A stretch of 64,000 bases of DNA from Eledone cirrhosa (taxonomy: Eukaryota): positions 238,638,001 to 238,702,000 of the forward strand of contig OZ024742.1 of assembly GCA_964016885.1 (NCBI GenBank). The letters are read 5' to 3'. Below, one piece after another: positions 45,170 to 59,201 of this stretch. A model generated the notes under the pieces. The model saw nothing but the letters and a program-made list of their open reading frames with translations. It made no database searches and was not told the DNA's origin. The position numbers and the translations under genes are program-made. Each line of letters begins with the position of its first letter. Position 1 is the stretch's first letter.

Positions 45170-48100
45170 GTCTAACCTATGGAAAATAAGTATTAAATGG
45201 TGAGTGATGATACTGTATGTATGTATATAAAACTTTTTTTTAGCTCATTTCACATACTTTGCCTTTTCATTGAATTGCCCTTTATGAAGGGAAGTAATTT
45301 TTCCCTCCTCAATAGATTCAAAACTTCATTCAATATTTAATGGGAAAGGAGAAATTTCATACTGTCTTATTTACTGACACTAACAATCTTTCCCTTCTAC
45401 ATCAATTTATTTACAGTCTCAGTTTGTTAGTGAAAGCATGTTTAGTTCTCAAACCAGACTGCATTGTGTACTTGAAGTAGGTGTCCTAACATGGCCACAG
45501 TCTAATGACTGAAACCAGTAAAAGAGTAAATATATATACCCTTGTCAACATTTTCCCTGCTAGTAAGGTTTAGACAGGTTGTCACAGATCAAGTCAGTAC
45601 TTAGTTGGAGATACTGACCTCTCAGACAGACCAGAGGCCACATCTTGCTTACATATGTTCCCACTCTACAGAGTGGAGTGTACTGGATACATTCCATCCA
45701 GCATTAGGGAGGTTGTCATGTCTTTGACACAACTGAAGCGCCCTTTCAGCATTTTGTTTAGCAAGTTTTCTATGGCTGAATACTCTTCCTATACACACAT
45801 ACACGCATGCATACATATATGTAGCTTTATAAGTTCTTAACTGGTATAATTCTAATGCACTGTAAACATACATTTTCATAAACATTTTATCAATCACAAT
45901 GGTAAATATATTTAGGACTGAGGCCTCTATCATTGAAACACCCAAGAAACATTCTATGACATGTAACCTCAAAGAAGGAAGGTAAAACTTATGCAGGTGT
46001 AGGTCATACACATTAATAATTATTTATATTTTTTCATTTTAATCTAAAAGAATAATCAATACTTTTATATTTTTTATTTTTCAGTAAGTTTGGAAATATG
46101 TGTGATTTATTTTTTGTGTTATTAAAATGTTTAATCGGTGAATGAAGAACAATTCATTTTGCATCTGGTATATTTAATTTAAGAAGCAATTATCGCCTCC
46201 AAGAGATTTCTGTGTTTCTTGGTGGTATTAAAGATGTTCTTTGATACCTGTTCCTATGATAGACAGGTTCATAAGCTCAGATTAATGTTTAACCTTATAC
46301 TCAAAGATGTTTCTGTGCTGCCTCAGACCAACGATACACTGCTACATGGCCCTTAGCTCGTTCTGAGTATTTCATCTCAATAGTTGCTAGTCCGATCATA
46401 TTTTAACTGTGTTCCATAATTCATGCAATCCATCTCATCAAACACTGAATCTGATTTTTTATTGACTGGTCGCCCATTTTCTTTAACCTGGTGATATGAG
46501 AGAAACCTGAAGCAGTCAACACTATCTCATTAACTTTTAATATCCTATAAGGATTTAGAAGAAAATGACAAAAAATGGATTGGTACATGTCTTTATAGTA
46601 TCTTTACTAGTGGACAGACTGTTATAAAAAAATTGTAGCATTAAACTTTCATTTTTAATTAACTGACCCCATCAAAATTCCTTGGTTTAATTAGAAACAA
46701 GCATCAGGTATTAAAAGATAAATGACATTTTAAATATCTTATACACATACACACACAACTACCATCCCCTTTCCATTGAGACCAATGTTTTACATGGCAT
46801 GTACACCAACTTTAATATAATAGATTTGTTGCAATCAATGCGGGTTTGTACTTTTCAAGAATGTCTTGCTAATTTTATTTCATGTGGTACATGATATTAA
46901 AAGTTAAGTAGGGCATTCACAATGAATGGTTCGTACTACTAATCTTCTTTATTTGACTTCTGTATTGTTATTAAAACACTTCCTTTATAGAACCAGCTTG
47001 TAACATCCATGATCTTCAGTATTATCAGAAGTTATGTTCCTCATCAGTTTAGCTTGTGAGGGTGCATGGTCTAGAGCTTGGAGTATTGGATTCATTTCCT
47101 AGACCAGGCAGCTCATTGTGTTCTTGAGCAAGATTCTCTATTTAAAATTGTTTTTCATTAAAACACCTAAAAAAACTTCCTACCAGATGCAACTTTGTAG
47201 GAAAGAAACCAGCTAAACTTGTGTGTGTGAGCTGTAATTTCTTTTTTATCAATCTGGTTTATCTTCAAGTACAATATAGCTTTTCATGACTATAGATGTG
47301 TGTGTATGTGTATATATATATATATATAATTGTTTCTACTTTTGGAACAAGGCCAATAATTACCCTAGTGCATTACTGGTGCTTTATTTTATCGACAAGG
47401 CATGGTTGAATAAACATGGCTTGCTCATATGTTCCATATTTTGGCTTGGTTTCTATGGTTGGATACTCTTCCTAAAGCCATATATATGTGCTTGTTTTTT
47501 GTTTGTTTGTCCCTTTGCTGGACACTCCGTATTTGGTCATGACTGACTTTTTTTTTTTTCTTTTACATGATTTTAACTGCTGTAGTTTTTTTTTTTAAAT
47601 GTATCGCTTGTCAACTTTGTACAGTAATTTATAATAACTCCTTAACTATTAATTGGGAAAATATTTCACGGACTTAAATAAGATTGTAACTTCTGTTGAC
47701 CGTCATTATCAATACTACATAACTTTTTTGCGACCATATTTCTAACAAAAATATACTACTTTTGGGTTTTAATCATCAAAGCAATCAAGAATTATGAGAT
47801 GTTTAGTGAAATAACTAATTTTCAGCTTAAGATTGTCATCCAAAAATTTAACTACTGAAATCTTATATTATCTATCATGCTATAGTAATATTTTAGTCCA
47901 AGATTTTTAATTTGAATTGGAAGACTTTAAACAGGTTGGTGTGTGAAGGAGTTAAAGAAAGTGGGTCCTGCTCTAAATAACGTGAATAATTCTTCAAAAC
48001 TACTGAAATGTTAAAATGGTGTGTATGCCTGTCGTTTTATTGTACAGACAGTTTATTCATGTTTTAATATTTTGAAATCTTGCCATATTTTTTTTAAACA

Positions 48101-48369
48101 GAGACATCTTGTGCCAATGGTCTCCCCCGTCCTTTTCATGCCAGTTTATTTTTGTTACATTTTTATTCAATTTACCATTATTTCATCTCCCTCCACCCTT
48201 CCTCCTCATGTCAGATTAGATCTTAGTCCTACAAACTACCAAATCACTTCTCGGCTGATTTGTGGTATATTTGTTTCTCCACTGAGCAGTCCCGTCCCCC
48301 CTCACTCTCTCTCTCTCTCTCTCTCTCTCTTCATCTCTACTAGATATATATAGAGCCTGAGATGATTTG

Positions 48370-48780
48370 ATCAAGACACAGCACAGTATTTGTTGTAGAA
48401 TGCAAACTTTAATACATACTCACTGCTGCTATATAAGTGTGGGGTGAGAGGGCTCGTATATTTTGGCCTGGATATAGCACAGTACTCATGAATCTAATCA
48501 TAGCTGGTGCATAAGTTGGTACTTAGAGTTCAGTGATTTGGCCATCAGTGTGGAATGTTCAGTACTTTAACCAGGACACAGGAATGCAAACTCATCAATC
48601 TAATCATTGCTGGTACATAAGTTGGTACTGACAGTTCAGTGTTTGACCAGGGCACAGCACAGTTGTTCCACAGTCACTACTATTATTACATAAGTGTAGG
48701 AAGTGAATGTTCAGTGCTTTAGCCAGAACAAAAGCAACAGTAGTTGTAACAAAATGCAAACTTCATCAATCCAGTCAAAA
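48370..48780. repeat. Degenerate tandem repeats
   Basis: Recurring cacagcacagt, aatctaatcat.gctggt.cataagttggtact and aatgttcagt motifs. Confidence 0.55.
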
Positions 48781-50232
48781 GACCCACCTCTTTTTGCAGT
48801 GAACTATTGTTACTACTACTATCCCGCCTCCCTTCTCATTAACCTATCATTTTGAAAATTGTCCACTCCCTATCAAGTGTTATCAGCCTGCCTTACACTT
48901 ACACAAGATTCCTGATATAGCTTCCTATCCTTGCTATAGTCATCTGTCAAAGAAAATAGCATTAATTTTAATGTCTAAAATTGGAAGTTCAAGATTTCAT
49001 TTATATTTTCCATTTAAAATGTCTTCACTTATGTATTTCTAGTCATCTTCCCCACTTTCTATCTGTCTGCCTATCTCTCTGTCTCTCTCTGTTTAATAAC
49101 AAGAAAATATACTGCTTTTAAATTTTATCATAAACTTCAGATAAGATAATTCCTTAATTATCTCCAAAATTATTTGTATGTACAATGAATTTATGGAAGC
49201 CTATCTTCTGTCAAAATAAAGTATTTCATTTTTACAGGGGTTTTTCCCCAACATTATTTGCTTTCTGTGTTTTCATTTATCTTTTCATCCAAATTTGTGT
49301 ATCTGATCACTTCAACCTTGCTTTTCCTAGCAATCAACCATTTTACAGCATGGAATGGGTATATTCTATGATGCTACCCACAGTAGAAGGATTGTCCCCA
49401 TCACTGTGATTTGCAGAGTCTGTGCAGTTTTTATATTGAATCACTGCTCTCTTAGATGGATTGCATTCGGTGATTTACAGTCTGTTACTCTTCTGTGCAG
49501 TTTACAGATATAGTGTCTGTGTTTCCTCCGTGCAGTTTTTATTTGTAGTTACTGCTCTCCTAGATAATATTGCAAGCATTCAAACCCTATCTCTTATTTG
49601 AGGATACATTATTCTCTCCCTCGAACCTGTCTCAGAGCCCCCAAGAGAAAAATGTGTTAAATTTTCATATGAACAAATTATGAATAAAAATGTATATTTT
49701 AAAAAAACACACAAATATAGAGTATAATTTGTTAACATAGCATAGCAACTATTTTTTTATCATTATTATCATCGTTTTTACATCCACTTTTCCATGCTTG
49801 CATGGGTTGGCCAGGTCCTTCTCAGCATGGCATCTATCCATGTCATGATCCTTTGTCATCACCTCTGAATTTCAGAGATTTGAGATCAGCTCTCACAACC
49901 TCTGTCCAGGTCTTTCTTGGTCTACCTTTACCACGACTGCATTCCATACATATCGTCATCACCATTTAACATTCATTTTCCATGCTTGCATGAATTAAAT
50001 GGGTCATCACATCATGAGACAAGTCTGGTCGGATTGGCCGCGTCGTACCTTGCTCAGACAGAAATAAATTTAGCTGAGATTTTTACAGCTGTATGCTCTT
50101 AACATTTACAGTGTGGAACTGGATGGCACCATTGTGAGGAGAGACAGGTCAGTTGGCCACACAGTACATCAAGAGAGATTGGGAGTTCAAAATGGCAAGA
50201 GCTCAGCTGTCAGGCAGTCACTTATTACAATA

Positions 50233-50238
50233 TCTATA

Positions 50239-50274
<36 letters not shown>

Positions 50275-53200
50275 GGTAGATGTCTGTGTGTGTGAATTTT
50301 TTTTTTTTTTTTTTTTTTTAATGCATTTCCACATTTCTCTACCGATTTTGATGGGTTTTTTCCCCCAATATGCTCCAAATTTACCAGGGTAGGTCAACGC
50401 GTAATTATTTTTGCCCAAAATTTCCTGCTTCTATAAAAAAAAAAAAAAAAAAAAATCGATAAAACTAAATACATGCTGTAACCCTCTCTCTTACATGTTT
50501 CATTCCTCTCACTACTACCATCAAAAATATATGGAACTACATACATGTTGCAACTCTCTTTAAAAGGTTCATCCTTTCCTCTACTTCACTCTTAATCTCC
50601 TCTGCAACTCTCTTTAAAAGGTTACTGCCTCTGTCTACTACCCTACAGTTTAGAACGACAAAACTTCTTTCGAAGGAACGCGACACAAACTTTGAAACCT
50701 AAGCAACACATTGATTTATACAACGATAGCTTTACTCTCTCCGTTGCTCTTCCCTCTCTCTACAATAGATTATTCCCCCTCTGTATAATTTAACTGCTTT
50801 ACTCTTCATGTTTCGAGGTTTAACACTAGCTTCTCTCTCTAATAGATCACCCCCTCTGCTTTCGGGAACGCGAAAAAAACTTTGATAAGTAAGCAACACT
50901 CATACATCAAATATCAAAATTTAAAAAGCTGATAACACTAAATACATACTGCTCTCTCAACGTTACATTTTACATCAAATAACAAATATTCAAAAGCAAC
51001 AGATGAATTTATAAAACAACAACAAACGTAACAATAGCGACGCTTAAGCATTTATTTACATGATTCTCAACAAAGACATTTTATTGTTGTCATTTTTGTT
51101 TTTCTCTGAGACAATTAATGAGAACTTTTTTCGCAGGATTCTATTCAAAGTCGGGACAATTATTGCTTTTGGTCAGGTCATGAAGCAAAAAAATTTCAAA
51201 TCGATCATGATCATTCCTCCTCTCTATAATTTAACTGCTTTACTCTCTCTGTCGCTCTTCACTCTCTATATGACAACACTGCAGGGAGAGAAATAATGTA
51301 TATGTTCAAATAGAGCGTTCCGTATATTCCCCCTCTATAATTTAACTGCTTTACTCTCTCTGTCGCTCTTCACTCCCTATATGACAACACTGCAGTGGAG
51401 CGTTCCGTATTGACATACGGCTTATCTGGGGCATTTTCAATCGGCTTATTGCAAACAACAACCCGCAAAATAACACTTCATATAACAGATTAATGCTATA
51501 GACATATGAATCGGAATGTAACCCGTGAACTTTTTCCTGGGCAAAATTATTCGAACAGACATGACCTCATTGCCAGAGTGTTCAGACTGAAACTGGCTAA
51601 ACTCATGGCTTTAATAAAAGAGGTCCAGGTATTTGGGACTGTAAAATGTGACATGTTCACCATCGAATGGCAAAAACGAGGGCTGCCACATGCTCACATT
51701 TTGATTTAGTTAGCTGATAAAATCAATTCAAATGCTATAGACAGCTTCATTTTGGCTGAAATCCTTAACCCAGCAACTGACCAGGAATTACATGACATCG
51801 TCAAAGCTAACATGGTCCGTGTGCGTTGGGTCCTAATGAGCATCACACATCTGAAAAGAGGGGGGGGGGGGGCGTGCAGTAAGGGATACGCAGACTGGTG
51901 GCGACGGGGGTACCCCCTGTACAGGCGGAGACGGCCCGAGAACGGTGGCTTCACCACAACAGTAAGGGGAGGTCAAGTCGACAATAGATGGGTGGTCCCT
52001 TACTGCCCGCTTCTCTTGAAGATATTCAACGCCCACATCAACGTTGAGTTTTGCATCTCCGTCAAGTCGATAAAATACATATGCAAATATGTAAATAAGG
52101 GCTCTGATGCCGCAATGTTCGCATTTCAAGCTGAAAATACCAGGGACGAGGTCACAGAATACCTGGCGGGGCGGTACATCAGTAGCAATGAAGCTTTTTG
52201 GCGCCTATTTGGTTTACCCCTACACTTACGTCACCCCGCCATCGTACAGCTTACGGTACATTTGGAAAATGGGCAAAGGGTTTACTTTACGGACCAAACC
52301 GTCGCCGATCCGAAAGAGACCACTCTTATCTTACGGGTTTCTTCAAACTTTGTCAGCTTGATACATTTGTGCAAACAATTGTGTACTCCCAGGTTCCATC
52401 CTACTTTATATGGTCGAAAAACACTTGGGTGCGAAGAAAGTCAGGTCAGGCTGCTGAAAGACATCCTGGTGTAAAATTTGACAGCTGTCTTGGAAGGGTT
52501 TACACTGTGCCCCCAAGTCACCATGAGTGCTTTCATCTCTGCCTTCTTCTGCATGAAGTTGTAGGCCCACAAAGTTTTCAGGACCTCAAAACTGTTGATG
52601 GAGAAATATGTGATACGTACCGGGAAGCCTGCTTTAAGCGTGGTCTTTTGGAAGATGATTCGCAATGGGATTCCACTTTAGCAGAGGGTGCATTGTTGAA
52701 ATCGCCTAAAGGTCTACGGGAACTCTTTGCCATTTTGATTCAAAAGTGTGAATTGGGTGATCCCAAATCTTTATTGGTCAAGGACAGAGACTTCATGTCT
52801 GAGGACTTCCTGCGCCTGGCTCATCTGCAGTATACTTCAGTGGAAGTTGGTTACAGCGACATTATCTACAACAGGGCACTCATTGATATCGAGGACGCCC
52901 TCCTCGATATGGGTGGGAGTGAGTTGGTGACGTATGGCTTGCCGTCAGAGAGGAAGCTAACACGTTGGCCCCGGATTTGTTGCGGGAAACAGCATATGAC
53001 ATTGAATCTCTTTCCCAATACTTAGAGGAAAATGAGCCCAAACTTCTGTCGGACCAAAGGTTGGCCTATTTAACTATCATTGACGCGGTTCAAAATCAGA
53101 CTTGGGGTATTTACTTTCTCGATGCTCCTGGGGGTACCGGAAAAACTTTTGTAACGAAATTGATTCTCGCTAAGATTCGTCAGGAAAAAAAAATTGTGTT

Positions 53201-54638
53201 GGCTGTTGCATCGTCCGGGATCGCTGCTACTTTGCTGCAGGGAGGCAGGACAGCACATTCAACCTTTAAACTCCTCTTGGATTTAGTAAAAACTGAGACA
53301 CCAACATGCAATATCAGCAAGAGTTCACACAAAGCTCTGGTTCTCAAAAAATGTTGCCTCATTGTTTGGGATGAGTGCACAATGGCACACAAGTGCGCCC
53401 TTGAGCCATTGGACAGGACCCTGAAAGACATTAGGGATTCTACAGCGTAACCCTTCTGCTATCAGGGGATTTTCAGCAAACAATGCCTGTCATACCCAAA
53501 GGGACAAGAGCTGATGTAGTGCGTGCCTGTTGAGGCTCTAGGTGAAGAGTTTGTACCTGAGCACATATGTGTGTTCATTTGCATGGTGACATGTCTGCAG
53601 CATTTGATCAGAATATTTTCGCACTTGGTGAGGGCAAGGTCCTTGCGGATGACAAGGGCGGCATAGCAATCGACTCCCTGTGCAACATTGTGAGCAGCCC
53701 TTCTGACCTTTGGGAAGCAGTTTTTCCTAATGTCTCATCTAACTTTAAAAACCTCGATTGGCTCAGCGAAAGAGCCATCCTTGCACTGAAAAATACCATG
53801 GTTAATTTTATTAACGAGCAGCCGATTGAGATGTTTCTTGGTAAAGAACACATCTTCAAATCTATCGACCGGATGTCAGACCTCGACGATATTGTTAATT
53901 ATCCGGTTGAGTTATTAAATTCCCTTGAGCCCCAGGGCTCCCACCTCACATTCTTAAGCTTAGGGTTGGCTGTCCCATGCTAATAAGGAACTTGCGTCCA
54001 CCAAAGCAGTGCAACAGTACTCGCATGGTCGTCAAGTCACTGACGCCACCATTGTAATGGGGTGCATTAGAGGGGAGGATGTTTTCATTCCAAGGATGAA
54101 CCTTTTCCCCTCGACGTCAGATATCCAGTTCGATTTCCGGTGAGACCATGTTTTGCCATGTCCATTAACAAGTCACAAGGGCAAACATTGTCGGTGGTGG
54201 GCATCCATTTGGGGGAGCCATGCTTCTCCCATGGCCAACTTTATGTTGCCTTTTCCCGCGAAGGGAGCAGGAATGGACTTTTTGCTTACACTCCTCAAGG
54301 GATAACACGCAATATCGTCTACAAAGAGGTGCTATAGATGTTGGTGCTGGAGCTATGCCATCTGGAAAACTGGTAGGGTCACCCATAGCGGACATATCTG
54401 ACACCCAGCGGCATCAGAGCCACCATCTTGCAACTTTGGTCTACTAAATTCCCTATAGGAAGATTATTAACCTATCATTGATTGCCCAAAATGATAATTG
54501 GTTCGTAACTATTAATAACCGGTTCAACTGCTTTATGCACTTAATTGATAAGCTTATGCGCTTTCAAGCAACGTTTATCTGTATGTAACTTTTCATAGCA
54601 AATGAACAAACCCGAGCAACGCCAGGCTAAACTGCTAG
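50233..54638 (+). mobile_element. Helitron, about 4.4 kb, both termini present, internally deleted
   Basis: 5' A|TC(TA)n-aaacggtagatgtctgtgtgtg start (50233 or 50239); 3' hairpin cccgagcaacgccagg at 54611-54626 then CTAG (54635-54638) followed by T; RepHel coding remnants inside. Confidence 0.88.
51506..54337 (+). pseudogene. Frameshifted RepHel (HUH Rep plus PIF1-like helicase)
   Basis: IEWQKRGLPHAHIL, VDNRWVVPY, IKYICKYVNKG, RYISSNEA, LDAPGGTGKTF, SSGIAATLL, GGRTAHS, WDECTM, INKSQGQTL, FSHGQLYVAFSR, spread over several frames with stops. Confidence 0.92.
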
Positions 54639-54669
<31 letters not shown>

Positions 54670-56204
54670 TTGTATCCAAGGTAATATTGTTTGCATAAGC
54701 ACAAAGCTTTATAGTTATAACAGTGAGGAGGGGTCAACATCCTATGTCCATACAGAGCTGGTCAATAAAGGTTTTTGGCTGAACAGTTAACCCATATATA
54801 TCCATGGGAGTATGTCTTTAATGAGTTCTTAGCTGTCCATTAATGTTTCCTAGTGACACCAGTGATTAGAAAAAGCTTGCTGTCCAATCTTTTATTGAGA
54901 TACTCCAGCCAGGAGAAATCCAGATTGAATTAACCCCATTATATTACAGGTAATGTTATTTTTATACTTCCACCCCCTCCCAAATTAAGTTGTTGACTCC
55001 ATTGATTTGAACTCTGATCATAAGATAAAATGAAGTAATTATGGTTTAAAATTTTGGTACACGGCCGAAAGTCAGTAATATTGACTCCTGGAGAGTGGGG
55101 TTGCAATCAATTAAATCTATCCTCAGTACTTGACTGGTACTTCATTTTATCAACTCTGGAAAGATGAATGACAAGGTTAACTTCAGTGAGATTTGAACTC
55201 AGAATGTAAAGAACCAGAACAATACTCTGAAATATATTTCATCCGACGCTTTAACAATTCTGCCATTTCACCTGATCTACTATAATCCATGCTGACATAA
55301 AATAATGATAATTAAATACTGGTTAAGGAGTTTGCAGGTGCAGGTATGGGTGTGTAGTTAAAGAGTTTGTTTAGCAGCCACATTGTTCTGAGTTCAGTCC
55401 CTACTGTAGCCTTGGGTTGACCACTCATTATTGTTAGCTCAGTTCCACATTAAAGACACAAATAAACTACAATGAACCAATCAATAATACAGGACAAAGG
55501 ATTCATGAAATATATAAAGATATATATATTGCTGTTTAGTATCATCTCCTATAGATTAGATAGGACTATAACAACGATTGATGTAGTTGTTGTTAATCCA
55601 TCACCTGATTTGATATAACCTAGTTCTTGGGTACCTTTAGTGGCGATTCAGTCTATTGCAAAGTTGAGCTGTCATCCTTTCAAACACAATGAACTCCATT
55701 AACCATATACTTTCAAAAACTCTATTGTGTATGCCAGGTGCAATCAATCATTGCACCAGTACTAGCAGAGTTGTTTTGGTCTATGTTACTGCTTCTAAAG
55801 AACTAGTAATAAAGTAATAACCCATGATACTTTCATTTGGTCTATGTTACTGTTTCTTTAGAAACAGAAAATAATATGTAGGAATACTGAGAAGTCAAAG
55901 AAAAAGTTTATAAATATAATTGTTTCTACTTTTGGCACAAGGCTAGCAATTACCCCAGTGCATTACTGGTAGTTTATTTTATCGACCCCGTAAGGATGAA
56001 AGGCAAAGTTAACATCAGCGGGATTTGAACTCAGATTGTAAAGGGCCATAACTTCATGCTGCAAAGCATGGTGTCCGACCCTGCCTAAGAATACAGTAAC
56101 CGATATGATTATAACTTTTTCTTTCTATAAACCTCATCTCTGAAGATGAAACATTTTCTTAATATTTACATCTACATTTCATTTTAATTGGACTGATTTC
56201 TGAC

Positions 56205-56370
56205 TGTTATCAGGTGTTGTGTTACTAGATATATACATAGTACACCAGGTGATATATTGATGGATATATACACAGTAAACTAGATGTTTTATTTCTGGAT
56301 ATATACAGAGTACACAAGGTGTTATAATGCTGCATATATACACAGTAGACCAGGTATTATATTACTGATG
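56205..56370. repeat. Degenerate minisatellite, unit about 34 bp
   Basis: Repeats of caggtgttatattactggatatatacacagtacac-like units. Confidence 0.65.
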
Positions 56371-56372
56371 TA

Positions 56373-56690
56373 CAGTTATTCGCGGGGGCTACATTCCTAG
56401 AGCACCTATGTAGAGTGAAAAACCGCGAATAGTGGACGTGGTTCATAAAAATGCCTATAAACGGCGAAATACTGTATAACATAAAATATAATAAAATAAC
56501 TCAGTGTCTTATGCAAATTGGTGTTCAATAGGCCAGAAAATACAGTATATTGTTATTAATAATTTAGCATTAAAAAAATATATATATAATTGTGCAAGAT
56601 ATTTACAATTCCATGAATATGCTGTGGTTTCCACAAACAATTATTAGTTGGATTCTAAAGAAAATTCTGCGAACGCTCGGGGGTACACTG
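56373..56690. mobile_element. Tc1/mariner (Tigger/pogo-like) MITE
   Basis: TA|CAGT...ACTG|TA ends; ttattcgcgggg...ccgcgaata internal inverted motif; the left TIR looks partly deleted. Confidence 0.5.
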
Positions 56691-56727
56691 TATATCAGTT
56701 GTTATATTACTGTATATATATATAGAT

Positions 56728-58160
56728 ATCATCATCATCATCATCAATTAATGTCCGCTTTGCCTGCTAGCAAGGGTCAGTCAGTACTGAAGCAAGGCCA
56801 CTGATGTCTCAGACAGGCTGAGGAGGTCAGTATCCTACCTACATATAATCATTATCGAGTGCAGAGAAGTTGCTGTGTCTTTTGACATAAACTGAAGGAT
56901 CCTCCTAACTCTTCATTTGGCAGGCTGGATGCCCTTCCTAAAACCAACCACTTTACAGCGTGTACTGGGTGCTTTTATTGTGTAGATCACCAACACTTAG
57001 GAGGGTGTCATGTCCTTGATATAACTAAAGGATCTTCCCAACCCTTTGTTTGATAAGCTTTCTATGGCTGGATGCCCTTCCTATCACCAACCATTTTACA
57101 GTGTGTACTGGATGCGTTTATCATGTAGGTTACCAACCCCTTTAGGCAGGTTTTTACAGCAAGCTGCCCTCCAGTCGCCAACCACACACATGGAGTGTAC
57201 CTGGTGCATTTTCATGGCACCATCACTACAGAGGTTGTTGGTTGTAGAGCCCTTTCAGGTGTTTTCTGAGGATGGGTAGGGGGGGGGGCTGATTAGTGTA
57301 TGGGATGTAGTGGTGTGAGGGATGTGGTCAATATAGTGGGGGTAAGGCATAGGTGTAGCTGGTCAGTATATTGGGAGAAGGGATGTAGTGGTGGGGGAAA
57401 TGTGCTCAATAGAGGTTGGGGTTATGATGGAAAGATAGCAAAGGGAGTAGTGAGGGGGTAAGGGGTGTTAGTGGGAGTTGACCAAGGGGTAGCGAGAGTA
57501 GCTATTAGGGTGCAATAGTGAGGATATCTAAGGTCTTTAGAGGAGTGGTTCTGGTGGTGAGTGAAGCAGTGGTGAGGATAGATGGTTAAAGCGAGTGGGG
57601 AGTGGATGGGTCAGGTCATATTTTATGCTTCTGGCTAGGTTTTTATCATCACAGCATAGCATTAGCACTCTCGATCTTTTGTCATCTCAGTTGTGAGGCT
57701 TAGTTTCTTAAGGTCGCTCTTCACTACATCCCATGTCTTCCTGGGTCACCTTTTCCATGGGTTCCAGCCACTGGAATAGCTCTGCATTTCTTTATGCAAC
57801 TGCTATCCTCTATACACATCGCATGTCCATACCAGCACAATCTTCTCTCTTGCACATTATACCCAATTCCTCTTGTGCTAAGTTTTCCTCTCACTTCACT
57901 TATGCTATATCGTTCATGCACACTAACATTATACATCTATCAGAGCATACTCGTTTCATTTCTCTTCAGCCTTCACAAGTCTTCTGTGGTTAAGGCCCAT
58001 ATTTCATTGCCAAGTAGCATTGCAGTTCACATGCAGGCATCATACAGTCTACTCTTCACACAGAGCGAGAACCCTTTGTTGTCAGCAGAGGTATTAGATC
58101 TCTAAACTTCTTCCAGCCTGTTCTGATCCTTCTGATCCTGGCTATCACACTTTCAGTGAT
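56728..58160 (-). mobile_element. Old RTE-like LINE 3' portion (different subfamily, long 3' UTR with a G-rich stretch)
   Basis: (CAT)n tail at 56728; duplicated ggatgcccttccta motifs; coding remnants at 57640-58160 (RGIGYNVQERRLCWYGHAM). Confidence 0.75.
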
Positions 58161-59201
58161 GGTACCACCCTCCTGTCCTCTTCCTACTTATTAACACTTA
58201 TTAACGTCTCTGCTAAGTTTAGTTTAGGCCTTTCAACTCTAGGTTCTTCCATGCTTGAAGTTTTGTCTCTAACTCTCCTCAGATGCTTGTGGTTTCCTTC
58301 AGCATCAGTGACAGCTGGGATCACCTCTAGTCACTAGGTCAGTTGTACTTTGCATCAGCCTCCTATTGATCTCTGATGTAGTGGGTATAGCATTTACTAT
58401 ACTGTGTTGGTGGATTGGAAGGGGAATGTACATGTACATATCCACGTATATATTGCAAGAGCATACAGCCCTCACAACATATAGGGTTAAGCATATATGT
58501 ATCACCTACTCCCACAGAGAGGAGCTTCTCAACAGAAAGGAGAGGGGGGGGGGGCACCTTCATCATCACATGGTGTGCGGGTGTGGGTGGAAAATGGCTA
58601 CCTAATGGTTAGGAGACTTCTAATTGAAAACAAATTATACATGCTAGTATTTTTAAAAAGAAATGTATGCTGGAAAAAGATATGGCTTCTAATTGAAACA
58701 AATTATAAATGCTAGAATTTTTTAGAACAAACAATAAAAACGTCCATTAGAAGAAACAGGGAAGAGGTTTAAATGGAATGAATTAAATAAATAAATACAA
58801 CCGTTTGGTGACCCAACTATCACTTGATTTTCAGTGGCACCCCATACATCCTGCAATTACATATTCTTTATATATATATACACAGTACATCAGTTGTTAT
58901 ATTGTTGATATACAGATAGTATCTAACTTGCTTCAAACTAGGAACCACATATTAACAATACACTACATTTTTTTTCTTTTAAAAAAGAGGTCTTAACATC
59001 GAAATATCATGGAATATAAGGTAAAAGTGTATACTGTTATTTGTTTTATTTATATTACTTTACTCTAGTTTTCACTCTTGTATTTCCAATTTGCTTTGTA
59101 CCAGCAACCATAACCACATATGCTTTATATAAACATTCAGTCACATACCTCACAATGCTTTATACATCAACCATAACCACATACCTCACAATGCTTTATA
59201 T

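Noticed and set aside
45200-50200. Short ORFs downstream of SETD8 as a second host gene
   Set aside because: No protein motifs or consistent exon chain; the region is repeat relics and AT-rich sequence.
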